A DNA stretch of 33,424 nt, from NCBI GenBank assembly GCA_028717445.1, contig JAQUNU010000001.1, forward strand, positions 1-33,424, read 5' to 3'. This document shows positions 23,897 through 31,147 of the stretch, piece after piece. The translations under genes and the position numbers were made by a program. The DNA is from Candidatus Portnoybacteria bacterium. Lineage in GTDB: Bacteria; Patescibacteriota; Minisyncoccia; Portnoybacterales; GWB1-42-6. Each line of letters starts with the position of its first letter. Positions within the stretch are counted from its first letter, which is position 1. The notes below the pieces were generated by a model. That model worked only from the letters and a program-made list of their open reading frames with translations. It did no database searches and was not told the DNA's origin.

Positions 23897-26515
23897 TTAT
23901 TCGATTTGAATTTCTGGCGAATTGATGAGCACGTCAATTAAAGCCTCTTTGCGGTTACAAAAACTATCATAAGCCACGGCTTTGATGGTGTGCATGCTGC
24001 CGTTAAGGCGGGAGGGGAGGCGGAAGGAAACCGAAGAGGGGTCTTTCGTATCGGCGCCGATGAGTTCATCGTCAAAAAAGAAATCAACCTGCTTTATGCC
24101 AAGATTTGAAACGGCTGAAGCGGAAACCTGTATCCTTCTTTGGGTGATGACCTGGTTTTGCAAGGGGGAGTTGATAGTTATTGAAGGTATATTTTCCTGG
24201 GTGTGGACATCGTCGGAGCTGTCGGGCTGCTGTTGGGGGACCCAACCGGAAGAAACAGCCCAGGCCCGGATCGGCGCTTCCCAATTGTTGAATTGCGGAT
24301 CAGCCGTCGGATCTTTTGGCGCGTCTCCGAGCGGATTGTCTTTATCGATGTAGAAAAGAATTGTATGGACTTCCGGATAAACTTTTTCTTCGATTAAATC
24401 CGGCGGAGTCATATCAGTGGCCAGCTTGCCGGAAATCTTGTCTATTTTGACTATTCTTTCAAAAACATAACTACCATTCAAGATTGATTTGGCGGCAGGG
24501 GTGGAATCCGGCTTGGTAAAGGCCTCGGGCTCGCTGGGCAGTATAAAACTATTTTCAGGCGCGTCTTGGCGGCTGGAAGCAATCTGATAAGCCTTTTTCA
24601 TAAAAGCGTTCCAAAGCGGCGCGGCGGCATACATGCCAGCCCCGGCTTTGGCCATGGGCGTGTTGTCGTTGTTGCCGGCCCAGACGCCAACCGCCAAAGA
24701 AGGAGTGTAGCCGATGGTCCAGGCGTCGCGATATTCTTGGGTGGTTCCGGTTTTGACCGCTGCCGGCCTCTCGGTTAAATAAAGGGGGGAGTTTGCGCCG
24801 AAAACCGGCGAGCGCGCTTCATTGTCAGACAGGATGTCCGTGACCATTCTTGATATTTGCGGATCGATAATTTTTGTCGGGTTTGACTCGTATTCTTCTA
24901 AGATTTTTCCTTTGCCGTCTTCTATTTTTAAGATGGCGGCCGTTTTGTTTTTTATGCCATCAGCCGCGAAAACACCAAAGGCGGCCGTTTCATCAAGGAG
25001 TTTGACTTCGCCGCCTCCCAGAACCAATGCCAGGCCGTAGCGGCTGCGGTCGTTCAGGGTGGTGATGCCCATAGATTTGGCGGTTTCAATGGTTTGATTA
25101 ATGCCGGCCAGATACAAAGTTTTGACCGAGGGAACGTTGAGCGATTGGGCCAGGGCTTCGCGCATGCTAACAGGCCCTCTGAATTTGCCATCGTAGTTGT
25201 CGGGGTTATAGCAGCGTTGACCCTCAAATTCTTGGGCCGTGGCCGAAGCCGGGCAGGCAGGGGCAAATTCAGTTTTTAAATCAAAGAGCATGGTTTCGGG
25301 AGTGAATCCTTTTTTAAAAGCGGTGGCGAAAGCGAATGGCTTGAAAGAAGAACCCGGTTGGCGGTCACGGATTGAAACATTGACGTAGGGCTCGTATCGG
25401 CAAGTATCGCCCGGAGTACAGCCGGTCGGAAGGGAGTCGGCTGTGTCATCGCGGGAACCGGCCATGGCCAAAATTTGGCCGGTCTTCGGGTCAACGGCAG
25501 TTAAGGCGGCGTTGTAGGCGCCATATTTTTTTTGATTGTCAGCTGCTCCTTGATTGATTATTTCTTGGGCTGCTTCTTGGAGTTCGATATCAAGCGTGGT
25601 GTAAACTTTAAGGCCGCCTTTTTCAACTGTTTCCTGGCCATATTTTTCTTCCAGATATTCTTTAATATACATAACAAAATGCGACGCCTTGATGGATTGG
25701 GCGGTTTTTGAAAAATTAAGCTGTTCTTTTTTGGCGGCCTCCGCTTCTTCGGCGCTGATATATCCCAGCTTTGCCATTCGGTCTAAAACATACTCCTGCC
25801 GGCTTTTAAGCTCTTCGGGATGGGAGCCAAACGGGGAATAATAGCTGGGGGCCTGGGGCAATGAAGCCAGAAGCGCGCCCTCGGCCAAATTCAGATCTTT
25901 GGCTGATTTATTGAAAAAAGTCTGGGCGGCCGCTTCAGCGCCATAGGCATTAGATCCATAAGGAATTTGATTCAAATAAAAACCAAGAATTTCATCTTTG
26001 GAATATTTAGCTTCGAGCTCAAGCGACAATATCCACTCTTTGACTTTTCTCGTATAAGACCTTTTGTCCGAGAAAAATGATTTTTTGATAAATTGTTGAG
26101 TGATGGTTGAGCCGCCTCCGGCTGAACGATTTCCCGTCAGGACGCCGATAATCGCCCGCCCGATACCCTTGAAATCAAGGCCGAAGTGATTATAAAAATT
26201 CGCGTCCTCCACTGAAATCGTCGCGTTTTTCAGATTTGGTGAAATTTGATCGAGCGCGACAATAGTCCTTTTTTCTTCGCCATGCACATCATAAAGAAGC
26301 ACTGTTCCGGTGCGATCGTAAATTTTAGTTGATTGGGTTATTTGTCGATGAGAAATTGTGCTCGGATCCGGCAGATCCTTGGCAAAATATGCAAAAGCGG
26401 CCGTGGCAACCAAAAGGCCGGCAAAAACAAAATATCCCGAGAGCTTCAGGATTCTTTTTAAACAAGCCTTTCTTTTTTTAATCGCGTTGTAATAAGGGCG
26501 ATAGTATTTCATCAA
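23897..26515 (-). CDS. Class A penicillin-binding protein (PBP1A-type glycosyltransferase + transpeptidase) with a C-terminal Ig-like extension
   Basis: 872 aa with an N-terminal TM helix. GT51 motifs are present (EDANFYNHFG, GGSTITQQ, RKVKEW), as are transpeptidase motifs SSFKP (SxxK), SLN (SxN) and KTGTT. An extra ~100-aa beta-rich C-terminal domain follows. Confidence 0.93.
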   Translation of the reverse strand: MMKYYRPYYNAIKKRKACLKRILKLSGYFVFAGLLVATAAFAYFAKDLPDPSTISHRQITQSTKIYDRTGTVLLYDVHGEEKRTIVALDQISPNLKNATISVEDANFYNHFGLDFKGIGRAIIGVLTGNRSAGGGSTITQQFIKKSFFSDKRSYTRKVKEWILSLELEAKYSKDEILGFYLNQIPYGSNAYGAEAAAQTFFNKSAKDLNLAEGALLASLPQAPSYYSPFGSHPEELKSRQEYVLDRMAKLGYISAEEAEAAKKEQLNFSKTAQSIKASHFVMYIKEYLEEKYGQETVEKGGLKVYTTLDIELQEAAQEIINQGAADNQKKYGAYNAALTAVDPKTGQILAMAGSRDDTADSLPTGCTPGDTCRYEPYVNVSIRDRQPGSSFKPFAFATAFKKGFTPETMLFDLKTEFAPACPASATAQEFEGQRCYNPDNYDGKFRGPVSMREALAQSLNVPSVKTLYLAGINQTIETAKSMGITTLNDRSRYGLALVLGGGEVKLLDETAAFGVFAADGIKNKTAAILKIEDGKGKILEEYESNPTKIIDPQISRMVTDILSDNEARSPVFGANSPLYLTERPAAVKTGTTQEYRDAWTIGYTPSLAVGVWAGNNDNTPMAKAGAGMYAAAPLWNAFMKKAYQIASSRQDAPENSFILPSEPEAFTKPDSTPAAKSILNGSYVFERIVKIDKISGKLATDMTPPDLIEEKVYPEVHTILFYIDKDNPLGDAPKDPTADPQFNNWEAPIRAWAVSSGWVPQQQPDSSDDVHTQENIPSITINSPLQNQVITQRRIQVSASAVSNLGIKQVDFFFDDELIGADTKDPSSVSFRLPSRLNGSMHTIKAVAYDSFCNRKEALIDVLINSPEIQIE

Positions 26516-26637
26516 TTCTTATTTTGACAAATATTCTAATATTTTTCAAGTTTAAAGAGAGATTATTGAGAGAGAATGAAAAAGATGGGACGGGGAGAAG
26601 GCGGGCGTCAATATTCTATTTCTATTCCGTTCGTTCT

Positions 26638-26684
26638 CTATCTAAATAAAACAACCCTTAAAAAGGGTTGTTTTATTTAGATAG
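26638..26684. terminator. 22-bp perfect hairpin (bidirectional terminator-like)
   Basis: ctatctaaataaaacaaccctt-aaa-aagggttgttttatttagatag. It lies 15 nt downstream of the acidic small ORF on the minus strand. Confidence 0.6.
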
Positions 26685-26698
26685 TTTAATCAGAAAAA

Positions 26699-26866
26699 TT
26701 AAATTTCTTCTTCTCCGGCAGCTTCTTCCTTGGGTTCGTCATCGCTTCCGGTTTCGTCGCCGTCTAAAGCCGCTGGCGCGTCTCCGCCTTCTACGTCCGT
26801 TTCTTCTTCTGACTCTTCGTCTAGAAGTTCTTCGTTATCAAGGTTTAAAAAGAGTTTCGCAGTCAT
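26699..26866 (-). CDS. Candidate 55-aa hyper-acidic small protein
   Basis: The hand translation gives MTAKLFLNLDNEELLDEESEEETDVEGGDAPAALDGDETGSDDEPKEEAAGEEEI. It is bracketed by a consensus promoter (26934-26962) and the 26638-26684 hairpin. There is no clear SD. The tracked plus-strand ORF 26668..26868 (R/L-rich) looks like its antisense artefact. Confidence 0.4.
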   Translation of the reverse strand: MTAKLFLNLDNEELLDEESEEETDVEGGDAPAALDGDETGSDDEPKEEAAGEEEI

Positions 26867-26933
26867 AAAATAAAATTTTAATTTTATTTCTCGCCTCGAC
26901 CTTTACCTTATAATTTATCTTTTTTGTGAAGTC

Positions 26934-26962
26934 ATTTTATTAATTTATTTTTGGCTTGTCAA
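26934..26962 (-). promoter_or_regulatory. Consensus-like promoter TTGACA-17-TAAAAT (minus strand)
   Basis: The minus strand reads ggggattgacaagcc-...-ataaaatg. It closely resembles the promoter at 30902-30930 (ggggttgacaagct-...-ataaaatg). Confidence 0.55.
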
Positions 26963-26990
26963 TCCCCAGACCCAAATTCGTAAAAATGGC

Positions 26991-27473
26991 TTATTTGGGC
27001 AGGGTCATTCGGCAATGCCCGGCGCAGATAGCGATTGCCAGAGCGTCGGCGGCGTCATCCGGTTTGGGAATTTCTTTTAGATTCAGAATGGCTTTGACCA
27101 TCTTTTGAACCTGTTGTTTTTCAGCTTTGCCGTATCCAGTGACCGCCTGTTTGACCTGCGGTGGAGTGAACTCCACGATCGGCAATTTTTCCAGGGCGGC
27201 GGCCAGCATCACGATTCCTTGCGCCTGGCTGACTTTAATGATGGTTTTTTGGTTCTTAAAAAAGAAGAGCGACTCCATGGCGATCGTCTCGGGTTTGTAT
27301 TTTTTGATGAGGGCAGAGAGCTCTTTAAAAATTTTTTCAAGGCGCAGGGCGGGCTTTAAATTTTTTTCGGTGGCAAAACAGCCATACTCAATGAACTTTA
27401 TTTTGCCGCCGAGGTCTTCGATGAGCCCGTAGCCCATGAGCGCGTTGCCGGGGTCAATGCCTAGTATTATCAT
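26991..27473 (-). CDS. ruvC: Crossover junction endodeoxyribonuclease RuvC
   Basis: 160 aa with IILGIDPGNALMGYG (catalytic Asp) and a C-terminal DAADALAIAICH-type motif. Confidence 0.92.
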   Translation of the reverse strand: MIILGIDPGNALMGYGLIEDLGGKIKFIEYGCFATEKNLKPALRLEKIFKELSALIKKYKPETIAMESLFFFKNQKTIIKVSQAQGIVMLAAALEKLPIVEFTPPQVKQAVTGYGKAEKQQVQKMVKAILNLKEIPKPDDAADALAIAICAGHCRMTLPK

Positions 27474-27502
27474 AAATTTTCAGACGAAAGATTTTCGGAA
27501 AA

Positions 27503-27637
27503 GGCTTTTTCTTCAATCTTGCCTGGCAAAAATTTTATCAGAAAATCGAGATGAGCGGAGTGAATCCGATCTTTCTTAAAATTTTATACCCGGCAAAGCA
27601 GTCTTTATGTTGCTTTTCTGCTGTCAGAAAACTAACA
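27503..27637 (-). repeat. Intergenic repeat element, copy 2 (inverted partner of 22167-22301)
   Basis: It is the reverse complement of copy 1 with about 8 substitutions, 4 of them in the hairpin loop. It lies between the yebC stop and the ruvC start, in the same orientation relative to local transcription as copy 1. The extended -10 is at 27532-27540 on the minus strand. Confidence 0.9.
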
Positions 27638-27646
27638 AGAGAACTT

Positions 27647-28375
27647 TTATTTCAAATTGGAATATATCTCGCTGACGTCGTCATTTTCTTCCAGCGCGTC
27701 CATCAGTCGCTCAATCTGGCCATGGGTTTTTTCGTCGACTATTTCGATCTGGTTTTTGGGCTTCCATTCAAGAGAAAAAGAACTGATTTTTAATCCGTTC
27801 CGTTCGAGTTTGTTTTTTACCTCGTCTAGTTTTTCCGGGGCTGTATAAATTTCAAGTGAATTTTCGTCTTGCCAATTCAGGTCCTCGGCGCCGCAGTCAA
27901 TCGTTGAAAGCTCAATATCGTCCTTTTTTGTTTGGGCTTCAATCAAATTCACGACCAGAGCGCCTTTTCTTTCAAAGAGCCAGTTGACGCTTCCTGGTTC
28001 GGCTATTTTGCCGCCTTTCTCGTTGACCAAAAATCTGACTTCTGAAAGCGTCCGGTTTTTATTGTCGCTGATCGCCTCAATCAATAGAGCGATGCCGCCG
28101 GGGCCGTAGGCTTCGATCAGTATTTCTTCCATCTTCGCGCCTTCAAGCTCGCCAGTGCCCTTTTTTATGGCCCGTTCGATATTTTCTCCAGGCATGTTTA
28201 GGGATTTGGCCTTTTCCACGATGATGCGCAACTGGGAATTAGTCGCCTGGGCGCCGCCTTTTTGACGGGCGGCGACGGTGATAAGGCGCGAAAGCTTGCT
28301 GAAAATTTTCCCTCGTTTTACATCGGTAATCGCTTTTTTATGTTTGATTTGACTCCATTTTGAATGTCCAGACAT
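27647..28375 (-). CDS. yebC: YebC/PmpR-family transcriptional regulator
   Basis: MSGHSKWSQIKHKKA... is the family-defining N-terminus. The tracked ORF extends 10 codons further upstream (28405), but the ATG at 28375 is preferred. Confidence 0.9.
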   Translation of the reverse strand: MSGHSKWSQIKHKKAITDVKRGKIFSKLSRLITVAARQKGGAQATNSQLRIIVEKAKSLNMPGENIERAIKKGTGELEGAKMEEILIEAYGPGGIALLIEAISDNKNRTLSEVRFLVNEKGGKIAEPGSVNWLFERKGALVVNLIEAQTKKDDIELSTIDCGAEDLNWQDENSLEIYTAPEKLDEVKNKLERNGLKISSFSLEWKPKNQIEIVDEKTHGQIERLMDALEENDDVSEIYSNLK

Positions 28376-28473
28376 GAGAAGCTTATAGCTTATAGCAAAT
28401 GGCAAATAGGCAGAACGTTTCGGTCTTCCTAGTCGCTAATGCTAACGGCGAATTTCCAATTTTCACTCTAAGA

Positions 28474-29823
28474 TTATCCCGCGTTTTTGCCGTTGTCAAT
28501 CGGATTTTTTCTTTTCCAAAAAATAAAACCCGAAGCGGTCAAAGAGGCAAAAACGATTAAGGCGGCTATTCGCGCAAAGAAGGCGGATTCTGTTTTTTGA
28601 CTTTCGTTATTTTTTGTCTCTTCAATTAATTTTGGATTTTGGAAAGAAATTGTGGCCGCGGTTAAATTATTGTCCGGTTGCGATTCCGGAGCAGCTTCCG
28701 GGGTTTTTGGGGTATTGTTTTCTGTTTGATCTGGAATGGCAGCTGCTGTTTCGATCAGTGAATTCAAAACAGGCTTGTCTTCTGGCGGCGTCTCCTTTGG
28801 CTTTTGGGTCGGCGCGTCTTTTTTGTTTTCTTTGGCGGGTGTGGGGCTGGCCCAGAGCCAGCTCTTATTAAAACGGCTGCAGGATTTTCCTTTCAGCGCT
28901 TTTTCGTAAGCGACCGCGTGCACAACTTGTTCGTCCGGCCAGAGCAGACGGATGGAATCGCCGTCGTTGTTTAAGATATTTTTATTTAGTTCAATGACCA
29001 GGATCTGGCCGGGCGCGATGACTGTTTCGGGAATTTCCTGGCCGGAACTTTCTTCGGCTTCGTCATCGATCTGCCAGCCGGCCAGGCTGACCGGTTCGCT
29101 GTCCGCGCTGATTATTTCGGCCCATTCCTTGCCTTCATCCGGCCAGGCCAGAAATTCGCTTAAAAAAATTTTATTGGAAAAATTTTTGAAAGAGGAAAAA
29201 GCCGTTTCGGTCGAAGAGGCGTTTGATCCGTTTTCTTCTCCGGCCGGAGCGGGGGAGAGGTCGTCTTCCGGCTCTTTTGCTTGGGCCGGAATGTTTGGCG
29301 CGCCGGGCGTGCCGCCAGCCAAAGAACTTTCTTTAAAAACGCTGCCGTTCCATTCCAGCGTTTTGCCGTTGCCGCCGGCGCCCATTTCTTTAGCATAAGC
29401 GGCGGAGGCCGTCAAATTTTTATTTTGATCAAGCAGATTTAAAGTCGCGGCCGTGTTCGGCAATTTCATCGCCGTGTCGATTATTACCCCGTCATAGCCC
29501 GTTAAGCTGTTTGCCAGGGCGTTGGCGTCTATCGCCAAAAGCAAATAGCCGGCCGGCGGCAAGATTAGCGAACCGCGGCTGCCGTTGTCCGGCGGCGCGA
29601 TCAGCGAATGATCGGAATCCGGGCCGTCATCGATTTTCCAACCGGTTAAATCTATTTCCGCCGGGCCGCTGTTGTAAAGCTCCACCCATTCCTTGTCGCC
29701 ATCCGCGTCCTCCAGGTCATACATTATTTCATTGATGACGATCTGGCCCTGAACGCGAAAAGGCCAAATAAAAAAGACCGCTGCAAGAACGGTCAACCAG
29801 ATTTTTATGCGAGAAAAAGACAT
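28474..29823 (-). CDS. Secreted, C-terminally membrane-anchored protein with two lamin-tail (LTD) domains
   Basis: 449 aa with a signal peptide. There are two LTD-like modules (IVINEIMYD..EWVELYN..DLTGWKIDD and IFLSEFLAWPDEGKEWAEII..SLAGWQIDD). A P/E/T-rich linker leads to a C-terminal TM helix (IAALIVFASLTASGFIFW). Confidence 0.7.
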   Translation of the reverse strand: MSFSRIKIWLTVLAAVFFIWPFRVQGQIVINEIMYDLEDADGDKEWVELYNSGPAEIDLTGWKIDDGPDSDHSLIAPPDNGSRGSLILPPAGYLLLAIDANALANSLTGYDGVIIDTAMKLPNTAATLNLLDQNKNLTASAAYAKEMGAGGNGKTLEWNGSVFKESSLAGGTPGAPNIPAQAKEPEDDLSPAPAGEENGSNASSTETAFSSFKNFSNKIFLSEFLAWPDEGKEWAEIISADSEPVSLAGWQIDDEAEESSGQEIPETVIAPGQILVIELNKNILNNDGDSIRLLWPDEQVVHAVAYEKALKGKSCSRFNKSWLWASPTPAKENKKDAPTQKPKETPPEDKPVLNSLIETAAAIPDQTENNTPKTPEAAPESQPDNNLTAATISFQNPKLIEETKNNESQKTESAFFARIAALIVFASLTASGFIFWKRKNPIDNGKNAG

Positions 29824-29878
29824 GGCTGAAACAAAAAAATAATTAAATCTGTATTAGCTATTATGGGCGCTAAGCAGT

Positions 29879-30892
29879 TTAGAGCAATTTTTTCTGCGCT
29901 GGCTCGGGAAATTTAAGGGAGAGATGAGCAAAGGCCTCTTTGGTTGCCATGCGGCCACGGGGCGTGCGAAGCAGGAAGCCGATGCGCATAAGATAGGGCT
30001 CATAGACATCGGTGATAGTGTCTTCGTCTTCACAGGTGGCGGCAGCGAGAGCCTGTAATCCGACCGGACCGCCGTCAAATTTTTCGGCGATAATGGAAAG
30101 GATCTGCCGGTCTATGGGCTCAAGGCCGAGCACGTCGATTTCTAGCATTTTAAAAGCCTCTTTAACAATTCCGCGCGTGATCTTGCCGCTGCCTCTCACC
30201 TGGGCGAAATCTCGGACGCGTTTGAGCAGGCGATTGGCTACCCGGGGGGTGAACCTTGAGCAGCAAGCAATGTCCGAAGCGGCATCGTGATCAATTTCAA
30301 TATTTAAAATTTTCGATGAGCGTTCAACAATTTTCTTGATATCTTCGGTTTCGTAAAAATCAAGCCGGAAAGAAAGGCCAAAGCGGGAGCGCAGAGGAGA
30401 AGAAAGAAGGGCTGGCCGGGTGGTGGCCGCGATTAAGGTGAATTTTGGTAGATCCAGCTGCAGAGTTCTGGCCGAAGGTCCTTTGCCAATGACAATGTCT
30501 AATCGAAAATCCTCCATCGCGGGATAGAGCACTTCCTCGATCATTTTATTCAGTCGGTGCGCTTCGTCTACAAAAAGAATGTCGCCATCCGAAAGATTGG
30601 TCAGGATTGAACCAAGGTCGCCGACGCGCTCAATGGCCGCGCCCGAGGTGGCCTTAATTGAGGATTTTGTTTCGTTGGCTATAATATGAGCTAAGGTTGT
30701 TTTTCCCAATCCGGAAGCGCCCGAAAGCAAAAGATGCTCAATTGGCTCGCCGCGTTTTTTAGCCGCTTGAATCAATATCTTTAAACTTTCTTTGGTTTTT
30801 GACTGGCCTTGGTAATCGTCAAAATTCCTGGGACGCAGGGTTCGGTCAAGAATCTCGTCTTCGGGAACAGATTTAGGGCAGATAATCGGCAT
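29879..30892 (-). CDS. ruvB: Holliday junction branch migration helicase RuvB
   Basis: 337 aa with LRPRNFDDYQGQ, Walker A GASGLGKTTLA, Walker B LFVDEAHRL and the RTPRGR motif. Confidence 0.95.
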   Translation of the reverse strand: MPIICPKSVPEDEILDRTLRPRNFDDYQGQSKTKESLKILIQAAKKRGEPIEHLLLSGASGLGKTTLAHIIANETKSSIKATSGAAIERVGDLGSILTNLSDGDILFVDEAHRLNKMIEEVLYPAMEDFRLDIVIGKGPSARTLQLDLPKFTLIAATTRPALLSSPLRSRFGLSFRLDFYETEDIKKIVERSSKILNIEIDHDAASDIACCSRFTPRVANRLLKRVRDFAQVRGSGKITRGIVKEAFKMLEIDVLGLEPIDRQILSIIAEKFDGGPVGLQALAAATCEDEDTITDVYEPYLMRIGFLLRTPRGRMATKEAFAHLSLKFPEPAQKKLL

Positions 30893-30901
30893 AGGCAGGG
30901 G

Positions 30902-30930
30902 TTGACAAGCTTAAAAATCTATGATAAAAT
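30902..30930 (+). promoter_or_regulatory. Consensus promoter TTGACA-17-TAAAAT (plus strand), pointing away from ruvB
   Basis: ttgaca lies at 30902-30907 and taaaat at 30925-30930. No protein-coding ORF follows on the plus strand. Confidence 0.55.
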
Positions 30931-30936
30931 GCTTTA

Positions 30937-31145
30937 TTCTTTCAGTTTTTTAAGCGTATTTTAAAAGATAGCGGTTTTTAACCTGTAGGCGGTCAAGGTC
31001 CTTATTTAAGCGGGGACTTATCGGGATTTTTCTTAGGCTCTAAAGGACGATTTGGTTTCGGCTGGATCGCTCCTCGGAAAAATTTTTACCCTCACGTTTA
31101 ACGCGAGGAGACTGCCTACAGATTAAAAGCCGCTATTTTATTTTG
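30937..31145 (+). ncRNA. Candidate ~200-nt structured small RNA (class unknown; 6S-like architecture possible)
   Basis: 30968-30994 pairs with 31110-31136 over 27 bp (24 Watson-Crick pairs, 2 G-U pairs, 1 C-A mismatch on the plus strand), enclosing 115 nt. A U-tract follows (attttattttg). The consensus promoter lies just upstream. The strand call is tentative. Confidence 0.4.
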
Positions 31146-31147
31146 TA

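Noticed and set aside
26587-26605. G-run cluster gggacggggagaaggcggg upstream of the PBP gene, a possible G-quadruplex.
   Set aside because: It has only three runs of three or more Gs plus a GG, so it is not a canonical four-tract G4. There is no supporting context.
28381-28405. Short tandem repeats gcttata-gcttata and gcaaat-ggcaaat just upstream of yebC.
   Set aside because: There are only two units each. They lie within the likely yebC promoter or leader, or the spurious N-terminal extension of the tracked ORF. They are too short to call a repeat feature or a CRISPR-like structure.
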